From NCBI RefSeq assembly GCF_006345805.1, contig NC_042998.1:56668001-56732000 (forward strand): a stretch of 64,000 nt of DNA, in the 5' to 3' direction. Position 1 is the first letter of the stretch. The number at the start of each line of letters is the position of its first letter. The DNA is from Octopus sinensis. Lineage: Eukaryota. Below the pieces are notes generated by a model. It did no database searches, was not told the origin of the DNA, and worked only from the letters and a program-made list of their open reading frames with translations. Below are positions 25,948-38,117 of the stretch, in pieces. Made by a program: the position numbers and the translations under genes.

Positions 25948-27419
25948 TTAGTTTGATAATGCATTAACAACGAGTAGTAGATTTCTCAGGCCACAGAGTT
26001 TGCAGTGTGATGTAGAGATGAAAGTTTCAGAAATTAATTCATGAAGTCCAAGCAGAACAGCGGGAATCCAAACAGTAACGTATCCATTCTTAATACGTTC
26101 TGGCAGAACGTAGTAGGGTAGCTCCGACTGTTGATGTACACAATGAGGTCGAAACATCTCAGTGTTACGAAGTCTCCTTGCACTGGTGAACTGCGTGCTA
26201 GGATTATACATTGCCTGAAGAGAAAAGGTGTTCCCTATTGGTGAAATATCAGTGATTTTATATCCACGTTGTAATCTGCCAGAACTCATTAAGAATGAAT
26301 AGATATGATATTGTGAGATAACTGAAGATTTTTCTAAACATGACCATTTGAAAGCAAGTCTGTATAGTGGTATCCGTCTGTATAGTGGTTATCTGAGTTA
26401 ACCAAGTTCTCCCAGGTTAACTCCGTGTGAGAGAACTTGACATCAATTTTTTGATCCCCAAGCCAACTGTGATTAAATTAACCGATGAACAAAAGTATTC
26501 TGGCAGTGACAGTCTTGTCATTTTAGAACGGCACGCTTATTTATCTACGACAAATAGAGTGTGATTTGAGGAAGATTTAGTTGCTGTTTCTTGAAGATCG
26601 AACGATACCACAGAGTCTCATTGGCTCGGGCTTCTATCACTTGTACGGTAAACTGTATTTATGCAAGGCTGCTATTCACATAACTAGATGAGGGTTGAAA
26701 GTTACCCGGTATTTCGCGAAACACCGATATTAATATGGGAATATTCCTCTTCTAGTTTCAACACTGTTTTATTATAGGTTCACGCATTTCATGTATCAGC
26801 TATTAAACTCTTCGTTATCTGAGAACAGTAAAAAAAAAAATTAACCATTGCTAGCAATATTTCATATCTTACTGCAATAACTTCAAGTGTAAAAAATTGG
26901 TATATTTTTGCATATTTTAGCAAATCAAAGAAATAAATATTGAAATCTATTCTTGAGTAGCCAAAAATATGAATGTTCTAGCTTTGGGTTTGAAGAAAAA
27001 TCATTATTTTCTTTTACCTACAAGAAATTCTTCCAGTTTTTATACAACGACAATGACAGTGTGAAAAGATGAAAAAGAAAAAAAAAAAAAGAAAAAAAGT
27101 GATTCAGATTTGTTGGAATTGAAAGCCTATGTCGCTCAAAAAGTAAATATAATGAATGGGGATTTGAAGAATATATCTTTTATGAAACCAGAATACAGTT
27201 TTATACAACATTTGCCATTGATGAATTCTTGTCTTAAAATGCAATTTTAAAGTTTAGAGAACAATTCCGAAAATGTTACATTCAGAGTTGAATCTGCATA
27301 ATCTCCATCACAATAACGTTGGAGCCCAGATAAGAAAATCCACAAAATGTTGTATATTGCATTATTTGAGATCTTACTAAGTTTACAATTCTACTACATA
27401 AAAGCTATCTGCAACTATA

Positions 27420-27585
27420 ATTTAGCTCCAATAATCCAGCTGCATTCAGCATTACCCAATCGATTAAAAAATCCAAGCACATTGAAGCTTTATCTTTACA
27501 AATCTTCTATCAAAATTTCCGCACAAACTCCATATATCTGGATATGTATCTCCAAAGAACTCATTGCTCGGTTAGTCAAAGATTA
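27420..27585 (+). mobile_element. Heavily decayed CR1-like 3' end
   Basis: Weak resemblance to the CR1 C-terminal LFN.LP...FK..LD..L.KIPD.P.I.GY....NSL pattern. Confidence 0.35.
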
Positions 27586-28214
27586 TATATATATATATAT
27601 ATAAAAAAATCAAAAGAGTATTTCAGAATACACTAAATAAAGAAATGGAGAGAAAAACCACTCTAAGACCAATATCTCGCGCGTTTTTTAGGACAGGGAA
27701 AGTAAGCAAGAATAAATTCCAATAGTGTGTCAAAAACTTTGTGTTAAAGATAGAAACACAAAGTCTGTGCAGACTTGTACAATGTTCATTTGGTCAGGTC
27801 GTGCCACAGTGTTATCTACAAACAGCTATTTAGGTTCAAAAGGGTCAAAGTAGAATTACAAAGCTGCAGCAACGTCACAGTCATATATATATATAGGAAG
27901 AGAAGTTATATGGATAAAATACTATTGAAAGAATTGAGAGAATCTTTTCGAAATGTTCAGGCTATGAGCTAATCTAACGCGAGTGGATTACAGATTATCA
28001 AAAGATTTTAGCCTTCAGTCCAATCTAAACTGGCGAAATTTTTCCTTCGTTTATATAGTAAAGGCTTACCGCTCAGGAACATTTGGAAAAAAAGATAAAG
28101 ATAAACGGCATATAAACTAAAAGATGTAAAGCGGGCAAACATTTGTGAAAATAAAACAAATTTATGAGCGCGGAAATGTTTGTTGTTGCTGTTGCTGTTG
28201 TTGTTATTATTATT

Positions 28215-28561
28215 CTGAAAGGCTCATCAAAGTGAAACTGGGGTAAAATATACGAAGTCTAGTATACCCATCATGACTACCCGTCTGATAAGGGTACACC
28301 AGACACATGCATCACAACCACATGTGCGTAACATAGTGATCTTATATCAGGATAAACAGCGCATGACCTTGCAGGTGAGGTCCAGTTAGAATTTCCTTCA
28401 GGTCGAGTAGCCCATCCAGTTCAAAAGGTCCCTGAATAAGGGTTGTTTAAGGATATTGAACAAAACACTCATGATTCCAAAGGTGAATTATCCAAACTCC
28501 AAACAATTCCTCTCAACACATGGCTATGATGCTCCCTCACTACTTCTGCTCGTGATCAGAT
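28215..28561 (-). mobile_element. Truncated copy of the ~540-bp TAA-associated non-coding element
   Basis: Aligns with 5665-6003. Confidence 0.75.
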
Positions 28562-29379
28562 GCTTCATGGCAAATATTGGGTTAAACTAAACAGAAAACA
28601 AATAGACAAAGCAAAATCCCAACAATAGCTGCAGGATTTTTAATTGCAGCACAAGATCAAAGCCTTGCCACCAGAAATCGCCAAAAACATGTTATGAAAA
28701 GTAATGCAAGTATCTGTAGAATATGTGGAGATGGAGAAGAAACAATAAATCAGTCTCTGGTTGCCCAGTCCTGGCTAAGAAGGAATTTATTCACAGACAC
28801 AACAGAGTTGCGACCTATATATATTGGAAGTTATGCCAACACTATGGAATAGCAACAGAAAAATGATGGTATAGACACACGCCAGAAAAGGTCGCAGAAA
28901 ACGAGAAAGCAACCATACTCTGGGATATGCCAATATACACAGATAGGGAAATTAAGGCCAATAGGCTGAATATAGTTGTCAGAGATCACCAAGAAAAAAA
29001 TACTTTCAAATCGATGTATCGATACTAACAGATGACAATGTTTCTTTAAAATAAACAGAGAAACTTTCAAAATGCAAAGATCTGGAAATAGAGGTAACTC
29101 GAATGTGGAGAGACTAAAAACAGAAACAATTCCTATCATAGTAGGTGCATTAGGTATGATAAAAAAACCTCACTCAGACAAATACATAACAAATCACCAG
29201 GACTTACAGTTATATATAACATACAGAAAATAACACCACTAGACACCGCACATATCTTACGCAAAACACTTTCAATATAGTAAAAATAAGAGCACTACAA
29301 CAAACCACAGCACATACCCAAAGCACACCGAGCTACGTTTGGTAGTGTAGTAAAAGCACGTGATGAAAATAAGACTACA

Positions 29380-29380
<1 letters not shown>
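28562..29380 (+). mobile_element. Decayed 5'-truncated Dong/R4 LINE copy
   Basis: Aligns with 34020-34867 and is followed by (TAA)n. Confidence 0.85.
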
Positions 29381-29448
<68 letters not shown>

Positions 29449-29459
29449 TGATGATGATG

Positions 29460-29498
<39 letters not shown>

Positions 29499-30114
29499 GT
29501 CCTGGCTAAGAAGGAATATATTCACAGACATGACAGAGTTGGAACTTACATACATTGGAAGCTATGCCAACATTATGGAATAACAACAGAAAAAAGATGG
29601 TATAGGCACACACCAGAAAAGGTCACAGAAAATGAGAAAGCAACCATACTCTGGGATATGCCGATACACACAGATAGAGAAATTAAGGCCAACAGACCAG
29701 ATATAGTTGTCAGAGACCATGAAGAAAAAAAATGCTTTCTAATTGATGTATCAGTACCGGCAGATGACAACGTGTCTCTAAAAGAAATGGAGAAACTCTC
29801 AAAATACAAAGACCTGGAAATAGAGGTAACTAGAATGTGGAATCTGAAAACAGAAACAATTCCTATCATAGTAGGTGCATTAGGCATGATAAAAAAATAT
29901 TCAGACAAATACATAACAAAAACACCAGGACTTACAAACACATATAACATACAGAAAATTGCACTACTAGGCACTGCACACATCCTACGCAGAACACTTT
30001 CCATACAATAACCATCAGAGCATCACAACAAATCACAGCACATACCCAAGGCACACAGAGCTGCGTTCGGTAGTGAAGTGAAAGCACGCTATAAAAATAA
30101 AAATAAAACTACTG
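29499..30114 (+). mobile_element. 5'-truncated Dong/R4 LINE copy (RLE domain, open frame) within (TAA)n
   Basis: VLAKKEYIHRHDRVG..NRPDIVV..CFLIDVSVPADDNVSLKEMEKLSKYKDLEIEV; (TAA)n on both sides. Confidence 0.92.
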
Positions 30115-30136
30115 AATAATAGTGATAATGATAATG

Positions 30137-30167
<31 letters not shown>

Positions 30168-30176
30168 ATATGATAA

Positions 30177-30208
<32 letters not shown>

Positions 30209-30210
<2 letters not shown>

Positions 30211-30650
30211 TATTCTGCTCAATACCACAGATTTGCTTGTCAGTTGTTTGACCTTAACCAGTTGAGCATGTCCCTTAGTGGCTGACGATATGTGCATCTC
30301 TGATCACGAGCAGAAAGTGGGGGGCATCATAGCCATGTGTTGAAAGGGATTCTTGGGGTTGAATAGTTCACCTCTGGAAACATGGGTGGTTCTTTCAACA
30401 TCCTTAAACAACCCTTATTCAGGGACCGTTTGAGCGGGATGGGCTACTCAACCTGAAGAAAATTCTAACTGGGCCCCACTGCAAGGTCATGTGCTGTTTA
30501 TCTTGATATGAGATCACCATGTCGCGCACATATGGTTGTGATGCATGTGCCTGGTGTACCTTTATCAGACGGGTAGTCATGATGGGTATATTGGGCTTCG
30601 TATATTTTCCCCCAGTGTCACTTTGATGGCATGAACTGCTCTCCTCACTC
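30209..30650 (+). mobile_element. 5'-truncated copy of the ~540-bp TAA-associated non-coding element
   Basis: Reverse-complement homologue of 5659-6090; (TAA)n on both sides. Confidence 0.8.
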
Positions 30651-30878
30651 AATAATAATAATAATATAGTAGTAGTAGTAGTAGTAGTATAGTAGTAGTA
30701 GTAGTGGTGGTGGTGGTGGTGGTGGTGGTGGTGGTGGTGGTGTGGTGGTGGTGATGGTGGTGATGGTGATGGTGATGGTGATGGTGATGGTGATGATGAT
30801 GGTGATGGTGATGGTGATGGTAATGATGATGGTGATGGTGATGGTGATGGTGGTGATGGTGATGGTGATGATGATGAC

Positions 30879-30958
<80 letters not shown>
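30640..30958. repeat. Compound trinucleotide tract TAA/TAG/TGG/TGA
   Basis: Seen directly. Confidence 0.95.
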
Positions 30959-30960
<2 letters not shown>

Positions 30961-33900
30961 TTCAGAGCTCCGAAATCTATCCACAAACATCGAAAACAAG
31001 GACATCCTATGGAGCCAAAGTTTTGCTAACAAAGAATTGGACTGTATCCGAGTAAGTAATACTAATTGAAATTTATTACTATTTTCGAAACGAAATGATG
31101 TATTTTGACTCGATATTATCTCCACCTCTAACGCAACACATGTAAACATGCGTGGAACATCACGATCATCCCCGACCTCAAACACCATGTACAAAGGAAC
31201 TACGAAGAAATTAAATGCCACCGATACTATTCAACCCAAGAATAACAATCGAGCGGTACGTACATTAAACCTACAACAAAAAATGTACGAAAAACTACAC
31301 GTGCGAAATAATGTGACAACAGAAATAACGGACCGGCACCCTACGAAAATGACGACCGTCAAAATAATGGGCCGGACGTTGTACCTCATGTCCCGCAAAT
31401 AAAACCCAAAAGACGTAAATGGACACGTAGGAATACATTTCTATCTTACACGCATACTACACAGCAGTACTCTACCCCCAAAATGAAAATACAACAACAC
31501 ATACATATAAAATATGGAAGGAAAATAATAGAGATATAGACTTGGATACAGCAATGAACCCTAATAAATTAGCTAACGTACGAAGATACATTCTCAACAC
31601 AAAAAAATATCAGAAATAGAAATAGAACACCTAAAAGAAAACATACACCAGGAAAATGTAGATAGAAGCCACACAACAATGCCCAATAATATAAACACTG
31701 AAACTGTAAAACACGAAGACAAACGCAACATTCCCAACAAACACGATGTAAACAACGAAGGGGAGCCTAATGATTATGATAATATAAAAAATAAAATAAT
31801 CTTAGAACTGAAAACCACAGAGCCCAAAATGGACCACCGACCATACCTCCCAAGAATAAAAATAAACGAAATAACAACACCATTATAAACAGCATAAACC
31901 TAGCCGTCACTGAACTAGCCACTGAAACAAAAAAAGTGATATCACACTGAACTAAATGACTTGATATACGCAGCAGCCACTGCAGCCAACAAAAGAAGCT
32001 GGATACTCATCCAAACCCGCCCAAACAGGAGTACCACCACCCAAACAAACCCTGTGGATAAATAACATCCAAAACAAAAAAAAAAAATTAGAAAAGACCT
32101 GTCGATTCTTAATGAGATCAGCAAACAATCAACGCTACTGAGCAACAAAAAGAGAACAAAAATGCTCCGCAAATACAACATCACAGAAAAAGATTTGCCG
32201 GAGATAAAAGAAAAGCTGAAGCAAGATATCCTTGCCAAAGCTCAAAGGATCCGCCGGTACGAGAAACGCCAACGCTTCTTTGAACAGACAAAAAGTTCAA
32301 CACCAACCCCAAAAAGTTCTACCAAGATCTGGGAAAAATAAAATAGAAGTCACTGCAGCACCAACGGCAGAAGAATTGGAAGAATTCTGGAGAGAAATAT
32401 GGTCGGCGAACGAACAGCCAAAAAAAAGGAGTATCAAAATAACAAACTCGGCATCTGAACAACTTTTGAGACCCCCATAACAACTGAAGAGGTCACCCAG
32501 GCACTGCAAAAACTAAGCAACTGGAAGGCACCTGGGCATGACAAGATCCCCAACTTCTGGTTGAAATATCTAACAGGAATGCACAAAAAGCTGGCTGAAA
32601 ACTTTAACAGCATACTAGCAGAGCCAGAGACAATGCCTGAATGGCTCACGAAGGGGAAAACCATCTTAATTCCCAAATCAAATGAAACACCAAAACCAGA
32701 AAACTACAGACCAATAACCTGCCTCCCTACTATGTTCAAGGCATTTACTGCAGTGATATCGCAAAGGCTGAACAAGCACCTGGACGAAAACAAACTGTTC
32801 CCAGAAGAGCAGAAAGGATACCGCAAAGGCTCATATGGCTGTAAAGATCAACTAATGATTAATAAAGCCGTAACTGAAGACAGCCACAGAAAGAAGAAAG
32901 GCCTCAGTATGGCCTGGATTGACTACAAAAAGGCGTTTGATAGCATCCCCCACACATGGATCCTTGAAACACTAGCCATTAACAAAGTAGCACCAACAAT
33001 CATAAAATTCATAGAGCACTCTATGAATAAATGGCAAACAGTCCTACATCTCCAAACAAAAGAGGGACTCATGAAAACCAAAGACATCCCCATCAGAAGA
33101 GGAATATTCCAGGGAGACACGCTCTCTCCACTCCTTTTCTGCTTGGCACTGTCACCTCTATCTGATATGCTAAATAGAACTGGATGCGGATATAAATGTT
33201 ACGGCAAAACGATCAACCACCTTTTATATATGGATGACCTAAACTATACGCTGCAAATGACAAACAGCTGGAAACACTATTAAAGACAGTTCATGGATTT
33301 ACAAAGAAATAGATATGAAATTTGGATTAGAAAAATGCGCCAAAGTAACCATGAAAAGAGGAAAACTAGTTAAAGTACAACATAACAACATCAAACTAGA
33401 TAAAACCAATGAATAAAAGAATTAGACCAAAGCCAAACTTACAAATACTTAGGAATCCATGAACTAGATAAGACACAACACACACAAATGAAAGAGAAAA
33501 TAAAAAAAGAATATTATAGACGAGTTAGATCAATACTAAAAACAGAGCTCAATGCTAAAAACAAGATAATAGGTATCAACACTTTAGCTGTCCCAGTTAT
33601 AAGTTACAGCTACAATATCCTTAACTGGACACGAAATGAACTGTCCAAAATAGATAGGAAAACAAGAAAAATACTGACAGGATCTAGAATGCATCACCCA
33701 AAATCTGACATAGAAAGACTATATATACAACGTATAGAAGGTGGTAGAGGCCTTATACAGCTGGAAAACTACTATAAAATAACCACCATAGGACTGCAAA
33801 AATACCTACTTCAGAAGGAAGGAAAACTGATCCAGATAGCAGCAAAACAGAAAACTGTTCTCAGTATTTAAGGAAGCTGACAAATACAAACAAGAAATCA

Positions 33901-34864
33901 TACCACCTAATAAACACGAAGAAGAAGAAGAAGAAGAAACAACAAAAGCTATAAAACAAATGAAATCCAAACTAAAAATAGAACAGCAACGAACCATGAT
34001 AAAACGATGGCAAGAAAAGCCCCTTCATGGTAAATACTGCACTAAACTAAACGCAAAAGAAATAGACAAAGAAAGATCCCAGCAATGGTTGAGAAGCTCA
34101 GGACTCAAAGCAGAAACAGAGGGATTTTTAATTGCAGCACAAGACCAAAGCCTCCCCACCAGAAATTACCAAAAAATTGTAATGAAAGAATATTACCAGT
34201 AACTGCAGAATATGTGGAGATGGACAAGAAACAATAAATCATATTATCTCTAGCTGCCCAGTCCTGGCTAAGAAGGAATATATTCACAGACATGACAGAG
34301 TTGGAACCTACATACACTGGAAGCTATGCCAACATTATGGAATAACAACAGAAAAAAGATGGTATAGGCACACACCAGAAAAGGTTACAGAAAACGAGAA
34401 AGCAACCATACTCTGGGATATGCGATACACACAGATAGAGAATTAAGGCCAACAGACCAGATATAGTTGTCAGAGATCATGAAGAAAAAAATGCTTTCTA
34501 ATTGATGTATCAATACCGGCAGATGACAACGTGTCTCTAAAAGAAATGGAGAAACTCTCCAAAATACAAAGACCTGGAAATAGAGGTAACTAGAATGTGG
34601 AATCTGAAAACAGAAACAATTCCTATCATAGTAGGTGCATTAGGCATGATAAAAAAATATTCAGACAAATACATAACAAAAACACCAGGACTTACAAACA
34701 CATATATCATACAGAAAATTGCACTACTAGGCACTGCACACATCCTACGCAGAGCACTTCCATACAATAACCATCAGAGCATCACAACAAATCACAGCAC
34801 ATACCCAAGGCACACAGAGCTGCGCTCGGTAGTGAAGTGAAAGCACGCTATAAAAATAAAACTA

Positions 34865-34867
<3 letters not shown>
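30959..34867 (+). mobile_element. Near full-length R4/Dong-clade non-LTR retrotransposon (N-terminal domain, RT, CCHC, RLE), frameshifted as assembled
   Basis: KRRKWT..YISILHAYY..IW N-terminus; NWKAPGHDKIPNFWLK, NYRPITCLPTMFK, WIDYKKAFDSIPH, RGIFQGDTLSPLLFCL, LLYMDDL; CRICG..ETINHIISSC; NRPDIVV; (TAA)n on both sides. Confidence 0.93.
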
Positions 34868-34930
<63 letters not shown>

Positions 34931-35444
34931 CTCCAGACGTAAACAAAATGTCCAGAGTTATTGGATTATCTGTGTTCACTAAGCCGCAAGTATTTAGTAG
35001 AACGAATTTTTTTTCTGCGAAACACAAATGTGTCTAAATCAGAAAGATGAATTATTTCTAGGAGATTGCAATTAGATATAATTAGCAGTTTTATATATCC
35101 AATTATATTTATATAATTAAATACAATTACCAGTTGTGTAACATGCAATTATATTTAGATCAATTATAAGCTGAGTAACTGAGACGACAGTACCAGCGTA
35201 TGCAGTCATACAACTAGCTAGAAATAGCAAATTCACAAAGCATTCTCGATAATATCTAAGGAAGGATGCGTTTCATAATGCACTCTTAGATGCTCTGTAC
35301 ATAAAAATAAGACGTTAACGTCACAAATGAATGTCTTGGATCATAATATTGCTTGAACGAGGGCTGACTTGGTAGTAAGCAATAACTGTAGAAACAACAC
35401 ATATTTGAGAACTTGCTTCCAGCAGATCAATCCAAGAAAACAAT

Positions 35445-35501
<57 letters not shown>

Positions 35502-35544
35502 ACTACTACTACTACTACTACTACTACTGCTACTACTACTACTG

Positions 35545-35583
<39 letters not shown>

Positions 35584-35869
35584 TACTACTACTACTACTA
35601 CTACTACTACGTTCATGATAAACTTATGGTATGGCTTAGCTCCAAGTCAGACCCGATCAAGACAAAACACAAACAAATCAACATTGAATAAAAGCCTTTC
35701 AGCCGTGACACTCCTGACTGTTATTCAACCTTAGTCTATCAAGAATATCTTTATTCAGTGTGTCACTCCTTTATTAATGGAGGGTATTGTGATATAAGAG
35801 TGATTTGGCTGCTATATATTGCATACCGTATATATATATATATATAATATATATATATATACACGTTTG

Positions 35870-36065
35870 TGTGTCCATGTTTGTCCCCCACCATCGTTTG
35901 ACAACCAATGATGGCGTGTTTACGTTCCCGTAACTTAGCAGTTCGTCAAAATAAACTGATAGAATAAGTACTAGGCTTACAAAGAATAAGTCCTGGGGCC
36001 GATTTGTTCGACTAAAGGCGGTGCTCCATCATGGCTGCAGTCGAAATGACTGAAAGAATAAAAGA
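35870..36065 (+). mobile_element. CORE-like SINE 3' half
   Basis: Matches 63625-63825. Confidence 0.75.
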
Positions 36066-36529
36066 AAATGTATGTGTGTGTTTGTGAGTATGTTTGTGTT
36101 TGTCTATGGGCTATTTGGAGAAAATGTAGTCAAGGAAAACACATAGTACATCATCTACTTTCCTATTTAAACTCTAGATCCAACTATCACGTATTTATCT
36201 CTCACTATTGTATAAGTACACATATTTACTCACAACCTTGCCCATACTCGACTCTTTATTCACTGTCAAACGCTTATATTTTGCAGCACTCATTCACACG
36301 CTCATTATGCTTATTTCTTTCAACTGCACACTCGCTCTTCCTTATTGAAAGACACCTATACCTTGTTCAGATCTTGCTTGCGTTCCATTATGCTTTATTT
36401 ATGACTCAATCTTGTATTTTCCTGTCAGTGTTTCATTTTTCTTTTCATACTTTGGCAAAAGATAACTGTCCGAAACGTCGATTTTTCTTGTTCCTTTCTT
36501 TCACAGTGCAATTACACACAAACACGCAC

Positions 36530-36705
36530 ACTTGCACACATACATACACACAAACGCGCGCGCGCACACGCACGCACGCACACGCACGCACGCACACGCA
36601 CGCACGCACACGCACGCACGCACACCAACGCACGCACGCAACACGCACGCACGCACACGCACGCACGCACACCACGCACACGCACGCACGCAACACGCAC
36701 GCACA

Positions 36706-36737
<32 letters not shown>

Positions 36738-37215
36738 CACGCACGCCACGCACGCACGCACCGCACACGCAAGCGCCACGCACGCACGCACACGCACGCA
36801 CGCACACTCACGCACGCACGCACACGCACGCACGCACAGCTCACGCACGCCACGCACGCACGCCGCACGCACACGCACGCACGCACACGCACGCACGCAC
36901 ACGCACGCACGCACGCACGCACGCGCACGCACGACACGCACACGCACGCACTCACACGCAGCACTCACACACGCACGCACACGCACACGCACGCACGCAC
37001 AACGCACGCACACGCACAACGCACGCACGCACCCGCACGCACGCACACGCAACGCACGCACGCCCACACGACGCCGCACGCACACGCACTGCCACGCACG
37101 CACAACACGCACACACGCACGCACACCGCACGCACTGCACGCGCACGCGCACATACGCACTCACGCACGCGCATACACGCATGCACGCACGCACGCGCGC
37201 ACGCACGCACAGACA
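36530..37215. repeat. Long (CACG)n/(CA)n CpG-rich microsatellite
   Basis: Seen directly. Confidence 0.95.
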
Positions 37216-38084
37216 CACACACATTGTCTTTGTACTGTTCGTTATTTTTCTTATGTAGCCTTGTTTTTCTTCCTAGATATACAATTACTGCGCCGATGCT
37301 TATCCAGCTCAGTTTATCTATGCCGATTTTATAATTTTATCTCTTAAATAATCTAGAATCAGAATAGATCAGACTATGTAGGCCATGATATACAACAAGA
37401 GGGGAAGATCACAGCGGCAATACTTTTGATCAGAAGCATGCTCGATTGGGGTTAACCGTGGGTTAAATAACAACAAGTATAACCACCATTAGTAACTATT
37501 ACTTCAAGTTCCAACAAACCCACGAGTGATTTACTATGTAGTTGTTTGTCCTACATAAAATAATTGTAATATCTTCTTCAGATTACTCTATACCGTATTA
37601 AATGATGACCAGATGGTTACGTGTGGTGTACTTTTTGATCAACGGGTTAAACACCTGCAACAATAACAGCAACAAAATCAAACATTGAGCTTAAATAATG
37701 ACAAAACTATCAACTCTCACAAATTCCGTAGCCAAAATATATCTACGCATAGACCTATTTATCCGAACAGCCACGATATTCGCACACGCTAGCAGCTTAA
37801 AATAGACAACATAAACACATGCAGACTGGTAATTGCATGTATTTAAGGAAACTAAGCCATTAGAAAAACCCCGTGTGAGATCGAACTTGGTGATTATTTC
37901 AGTTAATTTTACATTGGAAACCAATATCTATTTCGATAAGGTATTAGCACAGAATGCAAAATTGATTGTTAAAGTAATCCTAACAATGCATACGTAAACT
38001 GAGTAAATATTAAACAAATCTATTTATTGGTTATCTGACAGATGACGATCAGGCGCGCATATACATAATACATACATACGTACA

Positions 38085-38117
<33 letters not shown>

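Noticed and set aside
25948-26289. 113-aa minus-strand ORF with an internal ttttctcttcag acceptor
   Set aside because: No convincing donor and no recognisable domain.
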